Shown piece by piece: positions 29,985 to 40,710 of a stretch of 64,000 nucleotides of DNA. This stretch comes from an uncultured Gaiellaceae bacterium. Its GTDB lineage: Bacteria; Actinomycetota; Thermoleophilia; Gaiellales; Gaiellaceae. The notes under the pieces are model-generated. The model had not been told where the DNA came from. It saw only the letters and a program-made list of their open reading frames with translations, and ran no database searches. A program made the position numbers and the translations under genes. Location of the stretch: assembly GCA_963847255.1 (NCBI GenBank), contig CAWJYW010000021.1, positions 90,319-154,318 of the forward strand, in the 5' to 3' direction. Within the stretch, counting starts at the first letter, position 1; each line of letters starts with the position of its first letter.

Positions 29985-31065
29985 TAGTCGACGATCGCGA
30001 CCTCGACCGACGTGATGCCGGGCAGGTAGCTCGCGATCTCGCTCCAGCTCTCGCCCTCGTCGGCGCTCGCGAACAGCTGACCCGTGCTCGTGCCGAAGTA
30101 GACGCCGGGCGAGTCGTACGAGTCGATCGCCATCCCCTCGCGCAGCACGCCGACGTGCGCGTTGCGCTGCGGCAGACCCTCTGCGAGCCGCTGCCAGCTC
30201 GACGCCGGCGTCGCGGGTGCGCCACACCGCCGCGCTGTCCCGTCGGGCATGCAGCGCGCGTGGCCCGGGTCGAGCGGGATGACGTAGAACGTGTCGCGAT
30301 CGTGCGGGTGCGCGCCGGCGGCGAAACCGAACTCGGTCGGCAGGCCGTCGGTGATCTCGGTCCAGGAGCCGCCCCCGTCGTCGCTGCGGTGCATGCCGAC
30401 GTGGTTCTGCTGGTAGAGACGGTCGCTGTCGACCGGCGACATCACGAGCTTGTGGACGCAGTAGCCGACCTCGGGGTTCTCGAGCGGCCAGTCCGCGCGC
30501 AGTCCCGTTGTTGCGAGGCGTCCACGACGCGCCGTCGTCGGTCGTCTCGAAGATGCCGATCCCCTGCACGATCGCCCAGTACCGGGACGGGTCGTCGGGG
30601 TGCGGGAGGATCGCCGGGACGCCGAGGTGGCCGGGGGGCTGGTTCGCGGGGTCGTTCCACGACTCGCTGCCCGGCTGGCCCTCGAGCCGTGGTCAGGAGC
30701 GACCAGGTCTCGCCGCCGTCGCGGCTCTCGAACACGCCGGGCATCTCGGCGCCGGCGAACAGGCGGCCGTTGACCGCGGTGAGGCCGGACACCTTGGAGA
30801 GCTTGAGCTCGGTGTCGCCGTAGTTGAGTCCCTCACTCGACTGCTGCCACGTCTCGCCGAGATCGGGGCTGCGCCAGACGCTCGAGCCGTGCCACTCGCT
30901 CGCGGCGGCCGCGTAGATCGCACCGGTGCCGGCGTGGTGGATTGCGTGGTAGATCGGCCAGCCTTCGCAGAACGGGCCGCGCAGCTCCCAGTCGCGGCGA
31001 CTCTCGTCGCTCTCGAGCAGGAAGCAGCCCTTGCGGGTGCCGACCAGCAGGACGGTCTTCGACAT
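29985..31065 (-). CDS. BNR/Asp-box repeat beta-propeller protein (sialidase/Ycf48-like fold), frameshifts
   Basis: It has repeated S-x-D-x-G-x-T-W motifs (SRDGGETWSLL, SPDLGETWQQS, SDDGGGSWTEI, SADEGESWSEI, TTDDGASWTP). The start is MSKTVLLVGTRKG with RBS GGAGGTG. Confidence 0.55.
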
Positions 31066-31186
31066 CGATGCCACCTCCGGTTGCGACGACGCACGTTGAG
31101 TACTCGGTCGGTGTAGACATGCCGAGCGCGAGAAACTCATCGGTGAGACGAACGGGAGGCCTGCAGATCGACATAGGATTCGCAAC

Positions 31187-32755
31187 GTGACGGTGACACC
31201 CGAGACCGGACGGTGGGAAGCGCTCGTCGCCGCACGCACCCGGGGCGATGTCGGCGAGGGGATCGCCTCCGTCCTGGCGCTCCTCGGCCTGCCCGACCTG
31301 ATCTCCTTCGCGGGCGGCTTCCCCGACCCGGCGACGTTCCCGCGCGAGCGCGTCTCGGCGCTGCTCCAGGAGTTCGCCGCCGCCGGCGAGGTCAGCGCCT
31401 TCCAGTACGCGCCGACGCGCGGACTGGCCGGGCCGCTCGATGCGCTCGTCGACCGGCTCGAGAGGCTGCAGGGCCGCCGTCCGGCCGACGACGAGCTGCT
31501 GATCACGAGCGGTGGGATCGAGGCGCTCGAGCTCATCTGCAAGTCGTACCTCGACCCCGGCGATCTGGTCGTCGTCGAAGGCCCGACCTATCTGGGCGCG
31601 ATCCAGGCGTTTCGGAGCTTCGAGGCGAAGCTCGTCGCCATCCCGATGGACGAGCACGGGCTCGAGGTGGACGAGCTGGAGCGCCAACTGGCAGCCGGAC
31701 TACGCCCGAAGCTCCTCTACAGCATTCCCGACCACCAGAATCCGGCAGGCGTGAGCCTCTCGGCCGAGCGGCGCGCGCCGCTCGTCGACCTCGCGCGCCG
31801 CTACGGCTTCCTGATCGTCGAGGACGTCGCGTACCGCGAGCTCGGCTTCTCCGATGACACACTCCCGAGCCTCTGGAGCCTCGGCCCGGACGTCGTCGTC
31901 CAGGCGGGGACGACGTCGAAGACGATGTTTCCCGGGATCCGGCTCGGGTGGGCGGTCGGCCCCGCCGACATCGCGGCCCGGCTCGTCTCCGCCAAGCAGA
32001 ACACCGACCAGTGCGCGGGCGCGCTCGGACAGCGGCTCTTCGAGGAGTCCGCTCGCCGCGGGTGGATCGACGAGCAGCTGGTGCTGTCGCGAGCCCTGTA
32101 CGAGCGCAAGGGCGAGCGCATGCTCGCGGCGCTCGAGCGCTCGATGCCGGAGGGGGCACGCTGGACTCGGCCGCAGGGCGGCTTCTTCTCCTGGCTGACG
32201 CTGCCCGACGGCGCCGACTCCGTCGAGCTCGCGCGCCGAGCGGTGGAGAAGGACGTCGGCATCGTGCCGGGCACGCTGTTCTTCCCGGACGGCCGCGGCA
32301 CGGACACGGTGCGGCTCTCATTCAGCCTCGTCGACGAAGCGCAGATCGACGACGGCATCGAGCGGCTCGGGGTCGCTGCTGTGAGCGAGCACGGAGCAAC
32401 GCGCTACCGCTGGGACGACATGCCCAAGGAGGCGCTCAAGCCGGACCTGGCACGGCGGCTCATCTCGACCGAGCGGATGATGATTGCGCACGTGTACCTC
32501 GACAAGGGGTGCATCGTCCCGAAGCACTCGCACGAGAACGAGCAGCTGACCTACATCCTCGAAGGCGTCCTGCGATTCTGGCTCGGCGAGGACGAGTCCG
32601 AGGTCGTCGACGTCTCCGCGGGTGAGGTGCTCCACATTCCCTCGCACCTCCCGCACATGGCCGAGGCGCTGGAGGACACGCTGGACGTCGACATCTTCTG
32701 CCCGCCACGGCAGGACTGGCTCGACGGGTCCGACGCCTACCTCCGTCACAAGTGA
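31187..32755 (+). CDS. PLP-dependent aminotransferase (class I/II fold) fused to C-terminal cupin domain
   Basis: The 522 aa intact ORF has the aminotransferase core with the SKTMFPGIRLGW Lys motif, then a C-terminal roughly 110 aa cupin (KHSHENEQLTYILEGVLRF...GEVLHIPSHLPH). Confidence 0.7.
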   Translation: MTVTPETGRWEALVAARTRGDVGEGIASVLALLGLPDLISFAGGFPDPATFPRERVSALLQEFAAAGEVSAFQYAPTRGLAGPLDALVDRLERLQGRRPADDELLITSGGIEALELICKSYLDPGDLVVVEGPTYLGAIQAFRSFEAKLVAIPMDEHGLEVDELERQLAAGLRPKLLYSIPDHQNPAGVSLSAERRAPLVDLARRYGFLIVEDVAYRELGFSDDTLPSLWSLGPDVVVQAGTTSKTMFPGIRLGWAVGPADIAARLVSAKQNTDQCAGALGQRLFEESARRGWIDEQLVLSRALYERKGERMLAALERSMPEGARWTRPQGGFFSWLTLPDGADSVELARRAVEKDVGIVPGTLFFPDGRGTDTVRLSFSLVDEAQIDDGIERLGVAAVSEHGATRYRWDDMPKEALKPDLARRLISTERMMIAHVYLDKGCIVPKHSHENEQLTYILEGVLRFWLGEDESEVVDVSAGEVLHIPSHLPHMAEALEDTLDVDIFCPPRQDWLDGSDAYLRHK

Positions 32756-33523
32756 AGCTCGGCCTCGAAGGACGAAACGCGCTCGTCACCGGCGGCTCGA
32801 AAGGGATCGGCGCTGCGATCGCCCGCGAGCTCGTGGGCGAGGGCGTGCGCGTCGCGATCTGCGCACGCAACGAGGACGAGGTACTCGCCGCGGCCGAAGA
32901 GCTGGGCGTCGTCCACGCGCAGCGGGCCGACGTGACCGATCCCGAGCAGGTTCAGGATTTCGTCGCCCGCTCCGCGGAGGCGCTCGGCGGGATCGATTTC
33001 CTCGTCAACAACGCCGGCGGCGCGCACCCCGGCACCTTCGAGACGCTCGAAGGACGAGAACTGGGTCGCCGACCTCGACGTCAAGCTCTTCTCCCTGATT
33101 CGCTGCTCCCGCGAGGTGCTCCCGCACATGCGCGCCGCCGGCGGCGGCCGCATCGTCAACATCGGCGCGGTCTACTCGCGCTACCCCGACCCCACGTTCT
33201 TCGCGACCTCGGTGAACCGGGCCGCGGGCAACTCGTTCACGAAGACCCTCGCCCTCGAGGTGGCGAAGGACAACATCCTCGTGAACGGCGTCAACATCGG
33301 CTTCGTCACCACGCCGCAATGGGACAACATCCACCAGCGGCGCGCCCCCGAGGTGCCGCGCGAGGAGTTCTTCGACACCTTCGCCGCCCAGGAGGTTCCG
33401 CTGGGCCGCTTCGGCACGCCGGAGGAGGTCTCGGGCCTGGTCGCGTTTCTGCTGAGCGAGCGGGCCGGTTACATCACGGGCGCCTCGATCGACGTCGCCG
33501 GCGGCATGGGCAGGTACGTCTAG
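32752..33523 (+). CDS. short-chain dehydrogenase/reductase (SDR), frameshift near 33060
   Basis: It has TGGSKGIGAAIA, LVNNAGG and RIVNIGAVYS...Y...K catalytic motifs. It has an ATGA overlap with the preceding gene. Confidence 0.8.
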
Positions 33524-33529
33524 CGAGGA

Positions 33530-34337
33530 TCAGGCGGCGAGCTCGACGGCGTCGCCGATGGGCAGCCAGCGGATGCGCCGGCGGATGTCCTCCGGCGCAC
33601 GCGCGAACTCGCGCTCGATCGCCGTCGCGGCCTTGCTTGAAGTGCTTCCAGCCTTCGTAGTGGATCGGGATCGCGGTGTTGGGACGGAGGAGGCGGCACA
33701 ACTCGATCGCGTCCTGCGCGGTCATGGTGTAGCGCACCGGCCCCGTGACGGGGAATTGCACGCCTCCCAGGTGCAGGATGGCGGTGTCGACGTGCAGGCG
33801 GGCGGCGACCTCGCGCACACCGTCGTAGAGCACGGTGTCGCCCGAGATCCAGAGCACACCGTTCTGCTGGCCGTCCCAACGGAGTGCGAAGCCGATGACG
33901 TCACCGACGAGCGCGTGGCTCAGCGGCGGGCCATGGCGGCAGGGCGTGGCGGTGATCTCGATCGCCGGCCGCCCTGGTTCGTCGAGCCGCGTCGCCTGCC
34001 ACGGCTGGAGCCCGCGCGTGGTGCCGCCGAGGCGCGTTGCGCCGGAGGCGGTGGTGATGACGACGCCGGCCGCGGGCAGCAGTGCACGTCCGGCAGGGTC
34101 GAGGTTGTCGCCGTGGTGCTCGTGCGTGAGCAGGACCGCGTCGATCGGTGGAAGGTCGGCCGCGGCGATCGCCGGGCCGGCGAGCTTGCGGGACGACGTC
34201 CCCCAGCCGAAGGAATACCTCCGGCCGGGGGGATCGAACGTCGGATCGGTCAGCAGCCGCCACCCGCCGATTTCGATCAGCGCTGTCGGCCCGCCGATGT
34301 GCGTGATGCGGATGTCGCTTACTCGCGGTCGGCGGAC
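33530..34337 (-). CDS. MBL-fold metallo-hydrolase, C-terminal frameshift
   Basis: It reads [32 protein letters not shown]...LLTHEHHGDNLD. 3' end is uncertain. Confidence 0.65.
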
Positions 34338-35163
34338 GACATGGCGCGCGTCGTCGCGTGAGCGAGCGCCCACTCCAGGGCGTAGTCGGCGACCTCTTCC
34401 CAGCCCTCCTGAGCGGGGAGAAGGTGTGCTCGGCCCTCGTATTCCTTGACCTCGGTGATCGTGCCCTCCGCCTTGTAGTGCTTCGCGTTCGAGCGTTGGA
34501 TCGACGGGGGCATGAGGTGGTCTTCGCTGCCGGCGATGAAGAGCAGCGGCGCTCGGTCGGCGTTCTTGTAGTCCACGTGCGTGTCGTCTGGCCCCGGATG
34601 GATGTTCGCGAGCGCACTGCTCCAGAACACGCCGCCCGATGCGGGGATGTGGTAGCGCTCGTAGAGCCTTCGCGCCTCCTCCTCGCTGAACGTGTTCGTG
34701 AACACGTAGCGCCATTGCTCGAAGGTGAACCCGACGGCTTGTGCCGGTTGGCGGGGTTCTTGAGGACGGGGAAGCTCGACCTGATCTGTGACAGCGGCAC
34801 GCGCTTGACGCCCTCGGTCGGCGCCGAGTTGATGCGCGACGCCGGCGGCGCCGTAGCCGCGGTCCATCAGGCAGGCTGCGTGAAGACGCCGCCGGCCGAA
34901 TGACCCATCAGGATCGGCGCCGGCTCGATCTGCGAGACAACAGACTCCAGATGCTCGACGACCGCCGGCACCGTGAGGTTTTCGATGGGCGTCGGGTCGG
35001 CGTTGAGCGCCTCGACCTCGACCTCGAAGCCGGGGTAGGCGGGGGCGAGAACGGTGTAGCCGGCGGCCTCGTAGTGCTCGATCCAGTGCTCCCAGCTGCG
35101 CGGGGTCACCCAGAAGCCGTGGATCAGGACGATCGTGTCCGGGGTGGTCGAGTCGGTGCTCAT
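34319..35163 (-). CDS. alpha/beta hydrolase (esterase/lipase-like), frameshift near 34867
   Basis: The N-terminus is [17 protein letters not shown]...ILMGHSAGG(V), with nucleophile elbow GHSAG. The C-terminus is [14 protein letters not shown]...H. Confidence 0.7.
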
Positions 35164-35265
35164 GCGGCGTCCCTCCAGGATCGTGGTCTACTGCTCCGAG
35201 CTTATGACAGCGATAATCCTTTCACAAGTAAAGTGTTGGACACGCCAACGGAAGGGAGTCTGGGA

Positions 35266-35844
35266 GTGTCCGTTCTCGACGAGGTTCTGTCCGCCAACGA
35301 GAAGTACGCCGCATCGTTCGGAGCCAAGAGCGAGCTCGCTCTGCCACCCGCCCGCCGGTTCGCGATCCTCACCTGCATGGACGCGCGGCTCGATCCCGCC
35401 AAGTACGCGGGCCTGAGCGAGGGAGACGCGCACGTGATCCGCAACGCCGGCGGCCGCGCCAGCGACGATGCGATCCGCTCGCTGGTGATCTCGTACAAGC
35501 TGCTCGGCACGCAGGAGTGGTTCGTCATCCACCACACGGACTGCGGCATGGAGTTCTTCGACGACGAACGGATGCGGGAGATCCTCGGTCAGAGCCTCGA
35601 GACCGCGGAGCTCGGCGCCGACGGGTTCCGCGACGTCGGCAGCGGCCCAGGCTCGAGCGAGGCGCGGTACATCGACTGGCTCACGATCTCCGACCGGGAC
35701 CAGAGCGTCGTCGAGGACGTCAGTCGCATCCGAGCCCATCCGCTGGTGCCCGCCGCGGATCCCGATCTACGGCTACGTCTACGACGTGAAGACCGGGCGG
35801 CTCGTCGAGGTGCCGGACGCGACAGCGGCGGGCCGGGTGACGTG
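35266..35844 (+). CDS. beta-class carbonic anhydrase, C-terminal frameshift
   Basis: It reads [30 protein letters not shown]...[10 protein letters not shown], i.e. the CxDxR and HxxC zinc-ligand motifs. It has a GTG start with RBS GAAGGGAG. Confidence 0.8.
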
Positions 35845-35893
35845 AGCCCGGGTGGAGACCCTGCTCGCGCAGGGCCTCCGCCACGGCGTCTTA

Positions 35894-36400
35894 CTTGCCG
35901 TAGGACGCCTTGCCGGTCTCGAGCAGCGTCTTGAGATCGCTCAGGATCCACGCCCAGCCGCCGCCGCCCTGGATCGAGCGGGGTCGCGCTGGCGACCTGC
36001 TCCGCGTGCTTCGGCGCACCCTCGAGCTCGTGGGTCACCGTGAGGCGCGAGATGCCCTCGACCTCGTCCTCGATCTCCCAGGTGACGCGCGTCGGCTCCT
36101 CGTCGACGAGCTCCGGCCAGAGCGCATGCCACGTCTGGACGAGCTTTCGCGGCGGATCGACCTCGATCGACTTCGCCGTCGACGAGCTCGGCCGGCATGC
36201 CCATCGCCTGAGCCTGCTCGTCCGCGGTCGCGAGGTACTTGCCGCCCGGCCGCAGGTCGAACTCGCCCCGGCCGGGGTAGCCGTACTTCTCGTTCCAGTC
36301 GGGTTTCGTGATCGCGTCCCAGATCGCCTCCGGGGTCGCCCGGATGTAGATCCGGTAGACCTGGGTCGTCGTCAGGGTCGCCTGCTTCCGTCGACGTCAT
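35894..36400 (-). CDS. SRPBCC/AHSA1-domain protein (activator of Hsp90 ATPase homologue-like), frameshifts
   Basis: It reads [46 protein letters not shown]...[21 protein letters not shown]. It is coupled to the upstream ArsR gene by an ATGA overlap. Confidence 0.65.
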
Positions 36401-36750
36401 GCTGTCTCCTCCAGTTCGTTTTTGAGATCCGCGAGCGCCGACACCTGGCGCTCCGTGTACTTGTCGATCCATCTGTCGTGGATCAGCCGGATCGGCACCG
36501 GGTTCAGGTAGTGCAGCTTCTCCCGGCCCGACCGGCGCGCGACGACGAGACCTGCGTCTTCGAGGACACGCAGGTGCTTCATGACGCCGAAGCGCGTCAT
36601 CTCCAGCTCCGACTCGAGCTCGGTCAGCGTGCGGCCGTCACGCGTGAAGAGCCGGTCGAGCAGGAAGCGACGCGTCGGATCTGCGAGCGCCTTGAACACA
36701 CGGTCGTCGTCGGTGGTCATGCGCCTCACTATACGTGACCAAATGGTCAC
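36397..36750 (-). CDS. ArsR/SmtB family transcriptional regulator
   Basis: It reads VFKALADPTRRFLLDRLFTRDGRTLTELESELEMTRFGVMKHLRVLEDAGLV. An alternative start is at MTTDD (36720). Confidence 0.8.
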   Translation of the reverse strand: MTIWSRIVRRMTTDDDRVFKALADPTRRFLLDRLFTRDGRTLTELESELEMTRFGVMKHLRVLEDAGLVVARRSGREKLHYLNPVPIRLIHDRWIDKYTERQVSALADLKNELEETA

Positions 36751-36834
36751 ATGTCAAATCGGGAAGAAAACCGTGGCCCCCACCGTCTGGCTGTGAACGG
36801 AACCGAACACCTACCGCAGAAAAGGGGTTCACGA

Positions 36835-37530
36835 ATGACGCGAGTCATCCTGGCCGACGATCATCCGCTCTTCCTCTCGGCTCTCGAGCTGGCGCTCGAG
36901 GAGGCCGGCATCGACGTTCTCGGCACGGCCTGCACCGGCACCGAGGTGCTCGAGCTGGCCGACCGGTGCGAGCCCGACGCCGTGCTGCTCGACCTCTGCA
37001 TGCCCGAAATGGACGGCGTCACCTGCATCAGGCGGCTCTCCGCGCTCTACCCGGCACTGCGGATCGTGGTCGTCTCGGCCACCGACGACCAGAACGTCAT
37101 CCACGCGGCGCTCGCAGCCGGAGCCGTGTGCTTCGTCGGCAAGAGCGTCCAGCCCGAGGATCTCGTTCAGGCGCTTCGCGCCGTGATCAACGCGCGCAAC
37201 GGCGGCATCCACTACCGCGGCGAGCTGCCGGTCAGCCAGCTCCGACCGGTCCGGCACGAGCGGCGGGACACCCACGGCCTGACGAAGCGCGAGCTCGAGA
37301 TTCTGCGGCTCGCCGCGAGCGGCTCCTCGAACTCGCAGATGGCGAAGCTGCTGTGGGTGACCGAGCAGACGATCAAGTTCCACCTCTCGAACGTCTACAA
37401 GAAGCTCGGCGTGCCGAACCGAACCGCCGCGTCAGCCGCGGCGAGCAAGCTCGGATTGCTGGAGCTGGACGACGCAGCCGATTTCGGCGAGGTCGTCGAC
37501 ATCGCCTCGGCCCGGGGGATGCTCGGCTGA
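36835..37530 (+). CDS. NarL/FixJ-family response regulator (REC + LuxR HTH), orphan
   Basis: It reads MTRVILADDHPLFLSALELALEEAGIDVLG...LLDLCMPEMDG...LTKRELEILRLAASGSSNSQMAKLLWVTEQTIKFHLSNVYKKLG. The ORF is intact. Confidence 0.85.
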   Translation: MTRVILADDHPLFLSALELALEEAGIDVLGTACTGTEVLELADRCEPDAVLLDLCMPEMDGVTCIRRLSALYPALRIVVVSATDDQNVIHAALAAGAVCFVGKSVQPEDLVQALRAVINARNGGIHYRGELPVSQLRPVRHERRDTHGLTKRELEILRLAASGSSNSQMAKLLWVTEQTIKFHLSNVYKKLGVPNRTAASAAASKLGLLELDDAADFGEVVDIASARGMLG

Positions 37531-37581
37531 GGACGAGCGTGGGCCGCCCGCGGCCGGGCGGCCCACCAATCTCCGATCCGC

Positions 37582-38610
37582 TCAGCTCGAGCGGGCGAGC
37601 TCCTCCATCTCCGCCGAGTAGCGTCCCGCCACGGCGGCGCTGTTGTTGCGCGCCCGCAGCGCGAGGAAGGACTGGCCGGCGTCGACGTTCTCCGCGGCTC
37701 CACCCCACGCCTTCAGCGCCGGCGCCTGCAGCGCGCGTCCGTACGAGAACGAGAGCACCCACGGCTGCGGACCGCGCGAGTTGATCGCGTTCAGGTTCTC
37801 GCTCGCCTGCTCGTCGGACTGGCCGCCGGAGAGGAAGACGATCCCGGGCACCGCCGCCGGCACGGTCTCGCGGAAGCACTTCAGCGTCCAGTCGGCGACC
37901 TCGTCGGCGCTCGCCTGGGTCGGGCTGCCCTTCCCCGAGATGACCATGTTCGGCTTCAGGAGCATCCCCTCGAGGTCGACGCGCTGGTGGTAGAGCTCGT
38001 CGAAGACCTTGTGCAACGTCCGCTTCGTCGCCCGGTAGCACGTCTCGATGTCGTTGTCGGCGTCCATCAGCACCTCGGGCTCGACGATCGGCACGATCCC
38101 CTGCTCCTGGCAGAGCGCCGCGTACCGGCCGAGCGCATGCGCGTTGACCTGGATGCAGTACGCCGTCGGGATGCCGTCGCCGATCGTGATCACGGCGCGC
38201 CACTTGGCGAAGCGCGCGCCGAGCCCGCGGTACTCCTCCAGGCGCTCGCGAAGGCCGTCGAGGCCCTCGGTGACCTTCTCGCCGGGCGCGAACGCGAGGT
38301 CCTTCGCGCCCGTGTCGACCTTGATCCCGGGGATGATCCCCTTGTCGGCGAGCAGCTTCGCGAACGGAGTCCCGTCGGACGCGGACTGGCGCAGCGTCTC
38401 GTCGTAGAGGATGACGCCGCTGACGTACTCCTCCAGATCGGGCGTCGTGAACAGCATGTCGCGGTAGGCGCGCCGGTTCTCCTCCGTCGACTCGAGCGAG
38501 ATCGTGTCGAAGCGCTTCTCGATCGTCCCCGAGCTCTCGTCGGCGGCGAGGATCCCCTTGTCGTCGGCGACGAGGGCCTTGGCGGTTTCGTGCAGCTCAT
38601 GCGCGGCCAT
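37582..38610 (-). CDS. fba: fructose-bisphosphate aldolase class I
   Basis: The 342 aa intact ORF reads KGILAADESSGTIEKRF...LLKPNMVISG (Schiff-base Lys region)...FLSGGQS. Confidence 0.9.
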   Translation of the reverse strand: MAAHELHETAKALVADDKGILAADESSGTIEKRFDTISLESTEENRRAYRDMLFTTPDLEEYVSGVILYDETLRQSASDGTPFAKLLADKGIIPGIKVDTGAKDLAFAPGEKVTEGLDGLRERLEEYRGLGARFAKWRAVITIGDGIPTAYCIQVNAHALGRYAALCQEQGIVPIVEPEVLMDADNDIETCYRATKRTLHKVFDELYHQRVDLEGMLLKPNMVISGKGSPTQASADEVADWTLKCFRETVPAAVPGIVFLSGGQSDEQASENLNAINSRGPQPWVLSFSYGRALQAPALKAWGGAAENVDAGQSFLALRARNNSAAVAGRYSAEMEELARSS

Positions 38611-39602
38611 CGCGTTCTCCTTTCATCAGTCGTCTGACTTTCTCGGAAGGGTGGTAGGCAGCGATCCTACGGACAGTGCCCGAGCGGGAGCGCATCACGA
38701 TCGACTCGGTCTCGACGCCGGCGCCGCTGACGCGCACGCCGCGGAGGAAGACACCGCTCGTGACGCCGGTCGCAGCGACGAAGACATCGTCGCCCGAGAC
38801 GAGGTCGTCGGTCGTGAGCACGCGGTCGAGGTCGTAGCCGGAGTCGACGAGCTTCTGGCGCTCGTCGTCGTTGCGCGGCCAGAGCTTGCCCTGGATCGCA
38901 CCGCGCAGGCACTTGATCGCCGCGGCGGAGATGACGCCCTCCGGGGTGCCGCCGATCCCCATCAGCATGTCGACGCCGACGAACGCCTGCGCCGCTGCGA
39001 TCGAGGGAGCGACGTCGCCGTCGCGGATCAGGTTGACGCGCGCGCCGGCCTGGCGCAGCTCGCCGATCAGGTCGTTGTGGCGGTCGCGCTCGAGCACGAC
39101 GACGGTCACCTCGGTGACGTCGAGCCCCTTCGCCTTCGCGACCGCGCGGACGTTCTCGGTCGGGCTCGCGTTGATGTCGATCGCCTCGGCGGCCTCGGGC
39201 CCGACCGCGATCTTGTCCATGTAGAACGCGGCGCCCGGGATCGAACATCGTCCCGCGCTCGGCGACGGCGATCACGGCGATCGCGTTCGGCTGCCCGAGC
39301 GCGGTCAGGCGCGTTCCCTCGAGCGGGTCGACGGCGACGTCGACCGCGGGGCCGTGGCCGGAGCCGATCTCCTCGCCGTTGAAGAGCATCGGCGCCTCGT
39401 CCTTCTCCCCCTCGCCGATCACGACGACGCCGTTCATCTCGACGGTGCCGAGCATCAGCCGCATCGCGTCGACGGCGGCCTGGTCGGCCTTCTCCTTCTC
39501 GCCCCGCCCGACCCAGCCGGACGCAGCGAGCGCCGCCGCTTCGGTGACGCGGACGAGCTCGAGGGCGAGGTTGCGGTCGGGGGCGGTGGCGCTCATCGCG
39601 CC
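38597..39602 (-). CDS. glpX: fructose-1,6-bisphosphatase class II (GlpX), frameshift
   Basis: The N-terminus is [46 protein letters not shown]. The C-terminus is [47 protein letters not shown]...[21 protein letters not shown]. Confidence 0.85.
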
Positions 39603-39616
39603 GACCACTCTATTAG

Positions 39617-40553
39617 GGCGTGGTGCCGTGGCCGACTTGAGGAAGGTCGACGGGTCGAGCAGGTTGCCCTGCCCGGCGGGCAGGAAGACGATCTGCGGCG
39701 GCGCTTCCTTCAGGATCTGCAGCGCCTCGAACTGGAGGTTGCGGTCGGTCAGCGAGCTCGCGCGCAGCCGCTGCGCCTGCGCCTGGCCGCGCGCCCGCTC
39801 GATCTCCTGCTGCGCCTCGGCCTTCGACTGCTCGACCTTCTGCCGGGCCGCGAGCGCGTCCTGCGTCGCGACCTGCTTGCGCTCGATCGCCTGCGTGAAC
39901 TCCTGCGGGAAGTCGAGGTCGTTGATCAGGAAGTCGACGACGTCGATCGAGAAGCTCTGGAGCTGCCGGTCGAGCTCGAGCTGCACCGCCTGGCGGATCT
40001 GCTCCCGGTTCGGCGCGACGGCAACGCTCTTGAACTTGACGGTCTCGTTCTTGAAGACCTGGAAGACGCGCGGCGCGACCACCTTGTCGAAGTAGGTCGA
40101 GCCGACGTCCGTGAAGAGCTCCTGCACCGCCTTGTCGCTGACGCGGTAGTTGAGCGTGACGACGGCGTAGACCGGCTGCGTCTCCTCGCTGATCGCCGGC
40201 CCGCTGCCGATCGCACCCTCCGCCGTCCCGCGGTCGTCCATCTGGAAGCGCTGGCTCTCGACCTGGGTCGACACCTCCTCGGCGTTCTGCCACGGCGCGA
40301 TCGTCTGGAAGCCGTCACCGCGCTGGCCGACGATCTCGCCGAACTGGCGCACGACGAGCACGTGGCCGGCGTTCACCGAGTGGAAGGAGCGGAAGGCGCC
40401 CCAGCCGCCGATGACGACGATGATCGCGAGCGCGGAGGCGAGGATCCAGGCCGTGCCCTCGTCCGTCTTGCCCTGGCGACGAAGGCCGATCCCGTTCACG
40501 ACCGCGACGACGGCGACGAGGATCACGATCGTCGAGATGATCAGATAGCTCAT
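39617..40553 (-). CDS. SPFH/band-7 (prohibitin/HflK-like) membrane protein; stop codon out of frame (reads through into glpX)
   Basis: The N-terminal [21 protein letters not shown] is followed by an SPFH domain ([25 protein letters not shown]...) and a coiled coil. Confidence 0.75.
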
Positions 40554-40708
40554 TCAGGAGGAAGGATTTCGCGCCGGCTTTGTGAATCCTGCCGCGATTC
40601 CTCCCGTGCCCGCCTGCCGCTGCGGACGTTCGCGATCGCCCGCGCAAGGAAGGCGGTGATCGCGATCGAGCTCGCGACGATGCCGAGGATGATCTCGACC
40701 TTGAGCAT
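40550..40708 (-). CDS. small membrane protein (52 aa), translationally coupled upstream of SPFH gene
   Basis: It reads [33 protein letters not shown]... It has an ATGA overlap with the SPFH start. Its position resembles the NfeD-like partners of SPFH proteins. Confidence 0.35.
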   Translation of the reverse strand: MLKVEIILGIVASSIAITAFLARAIANVRSGRRAREESRQDSQSRREILPPE

Positions 40709-40710
40709 GA

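Noticed and set aside
35164-35265. AT-richer divergent promoter region between alpha/beta hydrolase and carbonic anhydrase (TTGGACACGCCAA partial inverted repeat)
   Set aside because: The inverted repeat is imperfect and short, and there is no supporting context. It is probably just a promoter region.
39602-39625. Possible natural SPFH-GlpX and DppD-DppF fusion proteins (no in-frame stop between genes)
   Set aside because: Out-of-frame TAATAG at 39617-39622 and the general indel density make lost stop codons far more likely than genuine fusions of unrelated proteins.
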